Notes: a model not told the origin generated them from the sequence alone. A DNA stretch of 64,000 nucleotides from Eledone cirrhosa (GCA_964016885.1 CAXHJY010000744.1:62001-126000), one strand, 5' to 3'; shown: positions 12,758 to 25,245, counted from the stretch's first letter. Program-made: numbers and translations.

Positions 12758-12935
12758 CGAAGGAATTGTGGTAAAGAACCAGGTAGACCATAACGCACCA
12801 GAGTACTCAATACTTGGGTAATAGGAAAAAGTATGACCCCGACGGCAGAGATCAAGCCGTTTCGACGGCTTTTTCTGGACTCGAAATAGCCGTCGAAACG
12901 GCTTGAGCTCTGCCGTCGGGGTCATACTTTTTCCT
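12755..12935. mobile_element. Family C repeat as a head-to-head palindrome
   Basis: Arms 12823-12875 and 12883-12935. The segment 12755-12815 matches 62891-62953. Flanked by (TA)n. Confidence 0.85.
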
Positions 12936-13149
12936 GTATATATATATATATCATTCTCTCTCTCTCCCTAAATATATAATTATATCTTTCTTTCTCTCTC
13001 TCCCTTTCTCTTTCTCTCTCTTTCTTTCTCGCTCTCTCACTCTCTCTCACACAAACACGTAGGTTCACACACACACACACACAGACACTCATATGCATTC
13101 ATGCACACACACACGTATACACATACACTGAGCTATACATACACACACA

Positions 13150-14238
13150 TTTGTCTGCACCACAACAACCACCACTTCCACCAACACCGACACTACTAAA
13201 ACATACCATCACCCACCACCAGAATTACGACCACACACCAGCAACACCAACATCCACCACTACCAATACACATCACCACAACTCCACCAAAATCACTCCT
13301 ACCCACCATTAACACCACTACCAACAGACCACCACCACCACCACCAACACTCACTCCTATCCACCATTACCACATTACCAACAGACCACCACCACCACTA
13401 CCAACACCCCCCCCCCTATCCACCATTACCACCACTACCAACAGACCACCACAACCACCACCACTACCCCCACCCCTATCCACCATTACCACCACTACCA
13501 ACAGACCACCACCACCACCACCACTACCACCACCACTACCACCACCAACACCCCCCTATCCACCATTACCACCACTACCAACAGACCACCACCACCACCA
13601 CTACCACCACCAACACCCCCCTATCCACCATTACCACCACTACCAACAGACCACCACCACCACCACCACTACCACCACCAACACCCCCCTATCCACCATT
13701 ACCACCACTACCAACAGACCACCACCACCACCACCACCACCACTACCCCCCCCCCCCCCCCATCCACCATTACCACCACTACCAACAGACCACCACCACC
13801 ACCACCACCATTGCCACCAACACTACCAATACTCACCCCCATTCACCATTACCACACTAACAACACACACCCCCCCCACCCCACATCCGCTATTACCACC
13901 ACCAATACACACCACTACCACCACCAACACACACACTAGCAACACTCACCACCACCCATCACCCATCCACCACCACCAACACACAAACACACCATCAACA
14001 CCACCACCACCTCAACCACCACCACCAACACTCACCACCACCACCAACACTCACCACCACCACCACCACATCCACCACCACCAACACACACGCACCAGCA
14101 ACACCACCACCAGCTCAACCACCACCACCAACACTCACCACCACCTCAACCACCACCACCAACACTCACCACCACCCCCACCACACACACACCAGCAACA
14201 CTCACCCTCCCCCCATCCACCACAACCACCACTACCAC
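13150..14238. repeat. (CCA)n-derived minisatellite
   Basis: Unit CCTATCCACCATTACCACCACTACCAACAGACCACC.. (about 60 bp, variable) within (CCA)n. Confidence 0.95.
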
Positions 14239-14367
14239 GTAACAGCTCCGGCAGCCACTTCACCCCCCACCCTCACAGTAATCCATTAATTGTCTGACAT
14301 GGTCGGTCGCTAAGTTGAGAATGGACTGATGATTACTTCAGCTCTGGACTGAATGAAGATGTTTAGA

Positions 14368-15506
14368 CGGCGGTGGCGGCGGCGGTGGTGGTGGTGGTGG
14401 TGGTGGTGGTGGTGGTGGATAGAAGTGAGGACGGTGGTGGTGGTGGTGATAGATAGAAGTGATGACGGTGGAGGTGGTGGTGGTGATAGATAGAAGTGAT
14501 GACGGTGGAGGTGGTGGTGGTGGTGATAGATAGAAGTGATGACGGTGGTGGTGGTGGTGGTGGTGGTGGTGGTGGTAGATAGAAGTGATGACGGTGGTGG
14601 TGGTGGTGGTGGTGGTGGTGGTGGTGGTGGTGATAGATAGAAGTGATGACGGTGGTGGTGGTGGTGGTGATAGATAGAAGTGATGACGGTGGTGGTGGTG
14701 GTGATAGATAGAAGTGGTGGAGGTGGAGGTGATAGATAGAAGTGATGACGGTGGAGGTGGTGGTGGTGGCGGTGATAGATAGAAGTGATGACGGTGGAGG
14801 TGGTGGTGGTGATAGATAGAAGTGATGACGGTGGAGGTGGTGGTGGTGATAGATAGAAGTGATGACGGTGGAGGTGGTGGTGGTGGTGGTGGTGGTGATA
14901 GATAGAAGTGATGACGGTGGTGGTGGTGGTGGTGGTGGTGGTGGTGATAGATAGAAGTGATGACGGTGGTGGTGGTGGTGATAGATAGAAGTGATGACGG
15001 TGGAGGTGGTGGCGGTGATAGATAGAAGTGATGACGGTGGAGGTGGTGGTGGTGATAGATAGAAGTGATGACGGTGGTGGTGGTGGCGGTGATAGATAGA
15101 AGTGATGACGATGGAGGTGGTGGTGGTGATAGATAGAAGTGATGACGGTGGAGGTGGTGGTGGTGATAGATAGAAGTGATAACGGTGGTGGTGGTGGTGG
15201 TGGTGGTGGTGGTGGTGGTAGAGTAGTTGATGGTGGTGCTGGTGATAGATAGAAGTGATAACGGTGGTGGTGGTGGTGAGGGTGGTAGAGTTGTTGATGG
15301 TGGTGGTGGTGGTGATAGATAGAAGTGATGACAATGGTGGTGGTGGTGGTGGTCGTGATAGATAGAAGTGTTGACGGTGGTGGTGGTGGTGGTGGTGGTG
15401 GTCGTGATAGATAGAAGTGTTGACGGTGGTGGTGGTGGTGGTGGTGGTGGTGATGGTGGTGATAGATAGAAGTGATGACGGTGGAGATGGTGGTGGTGGT
15501 GGTGGA
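14368..15506. repeat. Minisatellite: constant GATAGATAGAAGTGATGACGG core (about 25 copies) separated by variable (GGT)n
   Basis: Seen directly in the sequence. Confidence 0.97.
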
Positions 15507-15835
15507 AGACAATAATGACTACTAGAATGGTGTGGTGAAGGATGTGTAGAGGGGGAGCGAACGAATTAGGCTGGGTATAGCACAGGTGTGAATGTAATGG
15601 TGGTGATGGTGGTGTAGTAGTAGTAGTAGTAGTGGTGGTGGTGGTGGTGGTGGTGGTGGTGGTGGTAGTGGATGTGGTAGGTGGGGTTGTGGTTGCTGGT
15701 GATAGCGATGGGTGGTGGTAGTGGTGGTTGCTAGGGTTTGTGATGGTTGTTGTGGGGATGGTGGTGGATGTTGGTGTTGATTTTGGTGGTTTTAGTGGTT
15801 TTTGTGTTTACGATGGTGTTAGTGTTGGCTGTGGT

Positions 15836-16370
15836 GTTGATGTGGTGGTGGAGGTGTTGGTGGTGGTATTGGCTGATGGTATTAGTAGAGGTGTTTGGTT
15901 GATGTGGTGGTGGAGGTGTTGGTGGTGGTATTGGCTGATGGTATTAGTAGAGGTGTTTGGTTGATGTGGTGGTGGAGGTGTTGGTGGTGGTATTGGCTGA
16001 TGGTATTAGTAGAGGTGTTTGGTTGATGTGGTGGTGGAGGTGTTGGTGGTGGTATTGGCTGATGGTATTAGTAGAGGTGTTTGGTTGATGTGGTGGTGGA
16101 GGTGTTGGTGGTGGTATTGGCTGATGGTATTAGTAGAGGTGTTTGGTTGATGTGGTGGTGGAGGTGTTGGTGGTGGTATTGGCTGATGGTATTAGTAGAG
16201 GTGTTTGGTTGATGTGGTGGTGGAGGTGTTGGTGGTGGTATTGGGAATGGTTGGTGGTATTATTAGAGGTGTTTAGTTGATGTGGTGGTATTGGTGGTGT
16301 TGGTGGAGGTGTTGGTGGTGGTATTGGCTGATGGTATTAGTAGAGGTGTTTGGTTGATGTGGTGGTGTTG
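15836..16370. repeat. 62-bp tandem minisatellite
   Basis: GTTGATGTGGTGGTGGAGGTGTTGGTGGTGGTATTGGCTGATGGTATTAGTAGAGGTGTTTG with period 62. About 6 identical copies plus degenerate ones. Confidence 0.97.
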
Positions 16371-16671
16371 ATGGTGTTGGTGGAGGTGTTGATTGGCGTT
16401 GTGGTGTAGGTGTTGATGGAGGTGTTGGTTAATGTGGTGGTAGTGGTATTGGTGGTTTTGGTATGGGTGTTGGTTGGTCTGGTGGAGGTGGTGGTAGAGG
16501 TGGTGGTGATGGTGATGATGGTGGTGATGGTGGTGTTAGTGGAAGTGGTGGAGGTGTCACTGCTACACTGCTGTGTTGGTATATTAATGTATGGAATTCA
16601 TTGTGACTGTTGGGACATTGTTTCATATTCCCCACTAATTAGTTGGCTTTGTTGGAGTTTCATTTGTTGTC

Positions 16672-17300
16672 GGTAGTGGCGGTGGCGGTGGTGGTGGTGG
16701 TGGTGGTGGTGGTGGTGGTGGTGGTGGTGGTGGTGGTGGTGGTGGTTGTCGTGGTGGTGGTGGTGGTGGTGGTGGTGGTTGTCGTGGTGGTGGTGATGGT
16801 GGTCGTGGTGGTGGTGCTGGTGGTGGTGGTGGTTGTGGTGGTGGTGGTGGTGGTGGTGGTGGTGGTGGTGGTGGTGGTGGTGGTGGTGGTGGTGGTGGTG
16901 GTGGTGGTGGTGGTGGTGGTGGTGGTTGTCGTGGTGGTGGTGATGGTGGTCGTGGTGGTGGTGCTGGTGGTGGTGGCGGTAGTGGTGGTGGTTGTGGTGG
17001 TGGTGGTGGTGGTGGTGGTGGTGGTGGTTGTCGTGGTGGTGGTGATGGTGGTCGTGGTGGTGGTATTGTTATTGTTGTTGTTGCTGGTTTTGTTGGTGAT
17101 GTTGGTCTTCGTCTTGCAGTTGTTATGGTTATTTTTGTTGCTGGTGGTATTGTTGTTGTTGATGATGATGATGATGATGATCATCATCATCATCATCATC
17201 GTCATCATCATCATCATCATTATCATGGTCATCATCATCATCATCATCATCATCATGGTGACCATAACTGCGTTGCTGTTGTTGTTGATGTTGTTGTTTA
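16672..17300. repeat. (GGT)n/(GTT)n/(GAT)n/(CAT)n compound microsatellite
   Basis: Seen directly in the sequence. Confidence 0.98.
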
Positions 17301-17419
17301 GCGCTAGTTCAAACCAACCATTGATCAAAACATCAAAGAGACTTTAGCCCTTCCTATTATTTTGATGAGGTGTACATATTGAATCTATTTTTCATTGTGG
17401 TGTTTAGTACTTTATATGA

Positions 17420-17710
17420 AAGCGAGTGGTTTAGTGGTCAGAGTGTTCGAATTATGTTCAATTCCCGGCATTGTATTGTCTTGGTGCAAGACCCTTTATA
17501 TAATATTGATCCAGTCCATTCAGCTGGCAAAAGTGAATTGTTTCTGTAATTCAAAATGCAAGCCTTATCACAAGCTTTGTCACACTGAATATCCCTGAGA
17601 ATTATGCTAAAGATACACGTGTCTGTCACTTGCACTGTAATTTCATGAGAAGGCAGTTCCATTGATCGAATCAATTGAAACAATCTTCGTCGGAACCGAC
17701 GGAGGTCCAA
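17420..17710 (+). mobile_element. SINE family B, diverged
   Basis: GTGGTTTAGTGGTCAGAGTGTTCG head, then CAGTCCATTCAGCTGGCAAAAG, CTGAATATCCCTGAGAATTA and AACCGACGGAG. Confidence 0.8.
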
Positions 17711-18054
17711 TACATGCTCGTGCCCGCTCACTGTCTTAGTTTATTTATTAGTGAATCGAGAAAAGCTGTCATTGTGTAAATTGGACAAAATGCCAAACGA
17801 CATTTGTATTGATGTTTTGCACTTTGAGATCAAGTTCTTCAGAAAACACCAGAACACCAGGTCAAGTTTGTACTTCCTTTCAGGATCGATGAATTAACAT
17901 ACAAGTTTATGGCGCCGGTGGCGGTGAATTGGTACAGTCGTTATGGCGTTGGATTAAATATGCCTCGGTGATTGTTCTAAGGTCAACTTTGTATTTCATT
18001 ATTTTGGGGTCGATAAGTAAACCAGTCCAGCATTGAAGCTGGTTCTCTCCCTCA

Positions 18055-18095
<41 letters not shown>

Positions 18096-18514
18096 GTTCT
18101 TCCTCTATTTCTTTGGAAGAAACCAACTGTGTTTCAGCTTGCAGAGGGAAGAGCTCCGCCTAGTTTAAAATGTCCAAGACACGTCGTTTAACAGGACAGT
18201 GACCCTACGACTCCATCAGAAGTTAAGGTATTTCCCCCCCCCCCTTACCTTATGGCGGTGGATTAGTTAAATCGCTAGAGTGCTGGTCTCTGTTCTAGTT
18301 CTTTACGTTTTGGGTCCATTGCTGAAAACAAAAAAACCCTCTCTCCTTCTAGCAGTTACAACTTAAATTTTCTACTGGATCGAAGGAGGGGTGAGGCAGG
18401 GGCGAAGGGTCCGTGCATGCAACGCATGCAGTGCATGCATTATAGAATCTTGTGTTGATTGATTGCGTCGGTTGAAGCAAGCAGAATTTAAAACGTATAG
18501 ACACACAAAAAATA

Positions 18515-18545
<31 letters not shown>

Positions 18546-19203
18546 TACACACACAAACACATACACACAAACACACGACAGCTTTGGGGCAAGCAGAATT
18601 TTGACTGCTTACTAAATCGTAGACACATAAAAAGATAACACACACACACACACACACACTAGATAACACTACATGCGGCTTTGATCGGGAGGGTCATTTA
18701 GATTGGGGGGGGGGGGGGGTAAGGCTGCACAGCCCCACTTTCCGCCATGGGGATCGGACTGCATGCCCTGCTTTCCAGGTTACCCTTCGCCACTGTGGTG
18801 AGGGTCTGCTCGCAACTGCATAAGCACCTGAAACGAAATCATAGTACATTCTACCAAGTCATACTCGATTACGCGTGACAGCTGTAATGTCTTTGCAAAT
18901 ATCCGCTAACAGAATCAAGAATATGTCATTTTGATTCCGAAGTATTCAAAGTCGTCTCTGTGATTACAACTTTTCAAACATCCTCATCTGATAATTTTAT
19001 TCAATTACTTTCAACTATTCCCCTTTATTTCATTATGAATATTCAACATTGCTGCACTTTATCATTTTGAATTACCAAGTTTGCTGCTTACTCTAACAAG
19101 TCTCTTTGATCTTTCTTTCTTGCAACCATCTTCAAAACTACCGTAAAGGGAATATTGGGGGGGGGGGGCTGTTAAATGTACACTGTCGTCGTCATCGTCG
19201 TTG

Positions 19204-19242
<39 letters not shown>

Positions 19243-19289
19243 CCACCACCAACACTACCACCACCAGCATCTTATTTACTATTACTATT

Positions 19290-19487
19290 AATAACAATTG
19301 TTTCTACTTTTTGGCACAAGGCCAGCAATTACGCCAGTGCATTACTGGTACTTTATTTTATCAACCCCGTAAGATGAAAGGCAAAGTTAACCTCGGCCGG
19401 ATTTGAAGTCAGACCGCAAAGGGATGTAACTATATGCTGCAAAGCATGGCGTCCGACACTCTACTGATACTGCCAATCTACTTCCCC
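19290..19487 (-). mobile_element. SINE family A (short variant), near full length
   Basis: Matches the other family A copies from head to tail. Confidence 0.9.
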
Positions 19488-19505
19488 TTTACCATTAATA
19501 ATAAT

Positions 19506-19946
19506 AACAATTGTTTCATTTATTGGCCACAAGGGCCGACAAACAGGGGACAAAACAATAGACAGGGACAGCGGAGATTTACAAAAATGAAAGAGTGTAA
19601 ACAAATGAAACATATTATATAAACAATAAAATTATAACAATAAAAATTTCTCAATAAGAGGGCGTACCACCCAGAGGTAACTTAGGAATCCCATAGATGC
19701 TAAATCACCCTAATCTCCAAGAACACTGTAGGAAGATGTCACTCTCCTTTCGAAACTATACAGCCTATAGGCGCATCATCAGAATAGGTTCATCCACTCC
19801 AGCCATTCTCGTTCCATTCACCCACCTTTTAACAAATGTACTGGGAGGCAGCACTTCTCTCTCCACTTTCACCTTCCTTTCCAAATGGAACTTGAAAAAC
19901 TTAATGAGAGCTTGGCCTAAGAGGAACGTGTTTGTCTTCAGTCCGC
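19506..19946 (-). mobile_element. 3' end of an L1/Tx1-type LINE related to the 22.7-25.2 kb element
   Basis: The reverse complement translates GLKTNTFLLGQALIKFFKFHLERKVKVEREVLPPSTFVKRWVN, homologous to GLRTDAFLSGQQLIPFFRYHFRRRIRVE*EALHPSKFTDRWAN. The 3' UTR ends GCCCTTGTGGCCAATAAATGAAAC. Confidence 0.85.
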
Positions 19947-20283
19947 TACAGCCATCATAGAGAGATCACTTTTGGTAGCGTTGTGTGGAGTAAAGAAGTG
20001 ATGGATATATGCCTGCTCCAGACAAAAAAATAAAATTAAATTAAAAAAAATGTGGAAGAGTTATGCTGCAAAAGAGAATGCTTTCTCACCCTTGGAATTT
20101 ATCTAAGACATACACCGTTAAAAAAATGAAGGTTTCTCTATACCCTTGAAAGAAGAGTTAACAAGAGTTCTGTCCGACGCTGGAGGAAGATATGTTCTCT
20201 CTGACATAGGCAGGTCATATGGAAGAATGTAACTATCATTTACTACTACGGCGAAAAGTTATGTAGGGTTGATGCGCTATACC

Positions 20284-20580
20284 CACGCCGGATTTTGTGG
20301 GGAACTAAGGGGGCAATTTCCCAGAGCACCCTGCAGTGGGGGGCACCAGCGAGGGCGTAGCAATTTATTTGTGCCCTCAGCTGGGCTTTTTAGTTTTAGG
20401 ATGGTTAGAATTTTTTAATTTAATATCTGTATTACCTTTTCAATTCCAATTACTTGCGCCAAGTTAACTTTGATATGTAAAACTAGGGGGCGGGGAGTTG
20501 CTGTGTATTCTAATTTTTGTGTATAAGGGGCCCCCGAAACATGATGTGCCCTGGGCCACCAAGGTCTAAATCCAACCCTG
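20284..20580. mobile_element. hAT-like MITE
   Basis: Ends CACGCCGGATTT / AAATCCAACCCTG. The 8-bp flanks GCTATACC / GCTACACG match 6/8, consistent with a decayed hAT TSD. Confidence 0.6.
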
Positions 20581-21199
20581 GCTACACGCATTCCTACAGG
20601 ATGGTCCACAGAACATAGGCCTTGAAAAATATGAGGGTCACAGCCAGGGACTTTGGTGCCAATGTGAACATTTGTATCAGTGTTTCCAGTTTTCTACTTG
20701 TTTATCATCTGCAGCACGAAACAATATGGTTGATTATCCTCCCATATCAATTGAATTCGAGACTATTTTAGCATGCTGATCAAATGTGTTAATGTCAGAC
20801 AGAAAAAAAGGAGTGGATATGTGGATATACATCTTCTAAATGGATTCGTTTATATAATTCTCCCTCTTGCAGATTTCTTTGTCATTTAACCATAATATAT
20901 TTAATGTACCTGCTTGTTATCTGTGCTATCTTACTCGTAATCATTCTAGAATATATGAATATGGAACACTACGAAATGCCTTCTGGTAATAAACCCATGC
21001 TATTATTTTCCCACAGACGCCAGTAATGTCTTTCTTGGTTAGTAAATGATCTTCATATCCATATGGGTCTTTTCGGCATTCATTTTATAAAACTAGAAAT
21101 GAATTGAATTTTGCAGGTAATAACTAACTATATATAATTCTATATAAAAATATATTTCTCTCTAGAAATATATTCTTACACAATGAATTACGTAAATTA

Positions 21200-21430
21200 C
21201 TATGGTAGATGGAACTATAACTTACAATGATACGTTGAATAAAGCTCGTTTAATTATCCCAAGTTCGCTATGCTGTTACAATCAGAAATTTTCTCATGAA
21301 ACAAATCAATATTCTGCGATGCCTTTGATGTATTTGATGACACCAGTATTGACAGGAAACTTTGAACTATTGAATGACGATCTCAGGAAATTCTTTTCTT
21401 TGATTGGAAAACAAAGATACTGACCATTTC
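21200..21430 (+). pseudogene. Possible decayed N-terminal part of a Penelope-like ORF
   Basis: CCYNQKF...PVLTGNFELLNDDLRKFFSLIGKQRY resembles the HVxTGDL..LR....KGPKYRE segment of invertebrate PLE ORFs. Recognised from memory and weak. Confidence 0.3.
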
Positions 21431-21941
21431 AGTGGATATTTTCACATAAATAACAACTTATCTCTGAAATGTAACATATAAGATAATACTCCAAAAATAT
21501 CAGATACATATTATTATCCACAGAAGAGAATCTTTATAACATGATACACCTACAATATAATCTTTAAGAAAGGGTTCACTGATAAATCCCTGAAATCTAT
21601 ATATGTTCAAATGTGTGTACAACTGTTCAATGTAACTCAATGGAAGCTGTGGGACCTCATTTTCTCACTATATAGAGAGATGGGGAAGGCGAGAGAGATG
21701 GGGGCGATGGCGGTGGGAGTTCGGCTCTTCAGCGTTCGGACACATTGCACCTGTCAAGAGTGTATTTTCATATTTACATATATTGTTATTATCCTAATTT
21801 TATTATATATATATATGACTCTGTTTTCCTGTGATTTTCATCGAAAAAATTTTTGAATACATCTTTTCTTTTCATGATATTTGGATTACATTGAGTTCTT
21901 CATACGGATTGGACACTACCGTATATTTTGGTAGATTTATC

Positions 21942-21976
<35 letters not shown>

Positions 21977-21980
<4 letters not shown>

Positions 21981-22061
21981 ATAATAAGAAATTTGAAGAC
22001 TAAAATCCAAAGCGGGCTCGATAAGGATAAATATATATCAAATATATAAGAACCATAGAGC

Positions 22062-22062
<1 letters not shown>
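21977..22062. repeat. Family E repeat fragment in (TA)n
   Basis: AAATTTGAAGACTAAAATCCAAAGCGGGCTCGATAAGGATAAAT also occurs at about 53154 and, inverted, at 26912-26960. Confidence 0.85.
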
Positions 22063-22122
<60 letters not shown>

Positions 22123-22135
22123 GGAAAAAGTATGA

Positions 22136-22229
22136 CCCCGACGGCAGAGCTCATGCTGTTTCGACGGCTATTTCTGGACTAAATTAGAATGTTTAGCCTG
22201 GTGAATAAATAGCCGAACTTGTCAAGGGG
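22136..22229 (-). ncRNA. Type I hammerhead candidate with a U3-A8 core variant (family C, longest copy)
   Basis: rc: CCCC TTGACAA GTTCGGCTATTT-long loop-AAATAGCCGTC GAAA CAGC ATGAGCTCT GCCG TC GGGG. GUC cleavage triplet. Other copies have a perfect CGGC/GCCG stem III. Confidence 0.6.
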
Positions 22230-22699
22230 GTACTTCCTTATATGGGAAGATTGTAGTTGTCAAGAGGGTTGGTTAAAATTTGTTGTAAACACAAATAAGT
22301 CTATCATGGCATTTGGTGGGAGGTAGGGGTGGCTGAACTTGCCTGTAGAACAATAGAGGAGTGACAGGAGCGGTCAAGCGTTGAAAGTGATATGTATACA
22401 GCAGATTCTAAGGATAGTGTATAAGGTGGAGGAGGGAGGTTATAGAATAGCTAAATCGAATGAGAGTAGGAGACAATAAAAGATAATAGAAAGAAATAAA
22501 AAAATATATAAAATTAGATAGTGAGAGATGAATAAAAAAAATCACAATGCTATCTTACAATTACAGGTTAATAAGTTGAGAATAGAAAAAACTTGTAGAA
22601 ATTGAGTAGTACCAAAACTGATACAAAAATAAAAGGGGTTTAACACGTCTGCTATAAGTAGTTAGTAAAACGTATTCGGCCAATTCTATCTTAAAATTA

Positions 22700-25245
22700 C
22701 AGGGGTGGGGGAACTGATGCTACAGAGGCCCGATGGGCTGCATCGGGGTAGGCGAAAGGGGAAAAGCAGACTTTGCGCAACTGTTCGAGCAGAATGCCGA
22801 TGCATCGAACGGGGCAATGGACTTAGGTTCATACCTCGACGGCCTGCCGCGTCTCTCGAGCATGGACGCCGAGTTCTACGAAAGACCAATCACAGCCACT
22901 GAGATACGGGATGCTCTGGGCCGCTGCGGGAAACACAAATGACCCGGTCTAGATGATCTACCCTATGAGTTTTACATAGGCATGCCGGACTTTTTCTCTG
23001 GCGTTCTCGAGGCCGTATACTGCAACTGGCAGCAGAACGTGAGAATTCCCCGTTCTGCAGACAAGGGGCGTAGTAACGCTGATCAGGAAAGACGAGAACA
23101 AGGGGGACGAACGAAGCAACTTTAGGCCCATAACTCTGCTCAACACAGAGTTAAAGATTTTGGCCAAGGTGTTGGCAACGAGGCTGGCGCTTGTCATCGA
23201 GAACCTGGTAGGGAAAGCGCAAACGTGTGCAATGTCGACCAGGTCCATACACGACAACCTCCACCTCATGCGATACATCGTAGAGAGTGTGGGGTATAAA
23301 CCCGGCTTCGGTGGGGGCTCTGATAAATTTAGATCAGTCTAAGGCGTTCGATAGGGTCGACCATCGATACTTGGAAGTGGTTCTCAAGGCGGCCGGTTTC
23401 GGACCCGTCTTCAGCGGCAGAATCGCCGCAATGCACACCAACATCTGCTCGATGGTCAAGGTGAATGGCCACCTATCGGAGCCGTTCGCAATCACGCGTT
23501 CCATCCGACAGGGATGCCCTCTCTCCTCCATTCTGTACCTACTGACTCTAGAGCCACTACTGCGGAAGTTGGAGCTGCTGCAGGGCATCCCGTTGGAACC
23601 GGGACTGCGGAAAGCGGTGTCGGCTTATGCCGACGACGTGACAGTAATGGTGTCGGAAACTTCGGAAATCAGGGTGATCGGCAACTTACTGCAGGAATAC
23701 GAAAGGCTCACAGGAGCAAAACTGAACCTGGACAAGTCTGTCGGTTTGCAACTCGGAACGTGGAGAGGCAAACCGATACCGTCCGACAGTGTCGTCGGAC
23801 GCTGGACGGACGGACCGGGGAAATTGCTCGGGGTCTGGTTCGGTCCGGACCTCCAGGTGGAGAAAAACTGGAACGAGTTCACGGCCAAGGTATTTGCGCT
23901 CATCCAGAAGTGGGCAGAGTGCAAACTATCCTTGAAAGGTCGAGTGGAGATGGCGAACACTTTCATAGCGTCCGTCATCTACTACCGCTTGACCGTCGTG
24001 CCTTGTCCCCGTGAACACCTCACCAAGATGGAACGCATGCTCTTCCAGTTCCTGTGGAAGAAGCAGGCTCTAGTGGTGAGGAGATCCGTCTGCTGTCACA
24101 CCCTTCTAACGGAGGGCTGGGTATGCCGTGGCTGATGATGCGCAAGCATGCGCTGAGGCTACGGCATCTACAGGTATTCCTCACAGACCCCTAACCGGTG
24201 TGGGCACCGTTTGTGAGACAGGCCTTCCCGCAACTTGTCTCGCTGACGGAGCTGCAGTCCTGGGTCAAGCGGAGACCAAAGAAGATGGGCGCCTGGCACA
24301 TTGAATGCGCTCAGGCGCTCACAGTCCTCTGTCAAGCGGGCACGGCAATCAGTGGAGACTCCACTTCGACATTCTATAGAGGGTTAGTACGTCACAAGAG
24401 TGACGACGTGCTCGGGGAGACTCTGGGCGTCGAAGATGACGAACTCACCAGTCTGTTTGGTAGGACTTTCCGCCCGGGACCTATGGACAACTTCCAGAGG
24501 TCCCTGGCCTGGCAGTGCTACCGAGGAGCTCTACCAGTTCGTGACAAGATCTACAGGCACGGATGCCCCGGCATGGATCCTACCAAGAGGACATGTCCAG
24601 GATGCGGGCAGGACATTGAAACTGTCTTGCACGCAATTGTACACTGCCCGGGCGTAACCGACCTGTGGGACTACGCAGAACAACTGCTGTCGCGTATGCG
24701 ACAAATCCAGTTGATTGCCGAGTCAATATTAAGTATCAAACCGCCAACCTCCTTCAAAAACGAAAGAGAGGCGGTTTTCCTCTGTATAGTGGCTATGGTG
24801 AAAAAGGTTATATGGTGGACGAGATTGAGAGGACTGAGGACAGATGCCTTTCTCTCCGGACAACAACTCATTCCCTTCTTTAGGTACCACTTTAGAAGGA
24901 GAATCAGAGTGGAGTGAGAGGCACTGCACCCCAGTAAATTTACTGATAGGTGGGCGAATATAGCAAAAATGGCCCGAGTGATTGGGCCGTCTCTGTATAT
25001 AAACCTGTAGGTTGAAGAAGAGAGCAAAAGGAAGAAAGGAGTACGTGCACAACACGCTCCTGAAGTTGAGGGTTGTTCTATCTACGGGGTATTAAACAAC
25101 CCATTTGTGGCGCCTCCCCGCTATTGGGGATTTCGATTGTTATAATTGTTTGTTTCAATATTTTTACACGACTGTATGTAAAATCCCCGGCATGTGTCCT
25201 TGTTTTGTCACCTTTTCTTGTGCGCCCTTGTGGCTAAGAAAGAAA
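22700..25245 (+). mobile_element. L1/Tx1-clade LINE, 5'-truncated ORF2 pseudogene plus 3' UTR
   Basis: PGLDDLPYEFY, NFRPITLLNTELKILAKVLATRL, LDQSKAFDRVDH, SIRQGCPLS, SAYADD and the C-terminal knuckle CPGC..ETVLHAIVHC. Several stops and frameshifts. Ends GCCCTTGTGGCTAAGAAAGAAAG. Confidence 0.95.

Noticed and set aside
14278-14326. Minus-strand peptide SILNLATDHVRQLMDY resembling bHLH helix 2
   Set aside because: There is an in-frame stop four codons upstream, a weak acceptor, and no basic/helix 1 exon was found.
14322-14368. CTGATGA...GAAG hammerhead-like or C/D-box-like motif
   Set aside because: It has GAAG instead of GAAA and no stem I partner. The TGATGA-CTGA distance is too short for a C/D snoRNA.
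14410-15485. CRISPR-like look: a constant repeat of about 21 bp with variable spacers
   Set aside because: The spacers are only (GGT)n of varying length, there are no cas genes, and the context is eukaryotic. It is a minisatellite.
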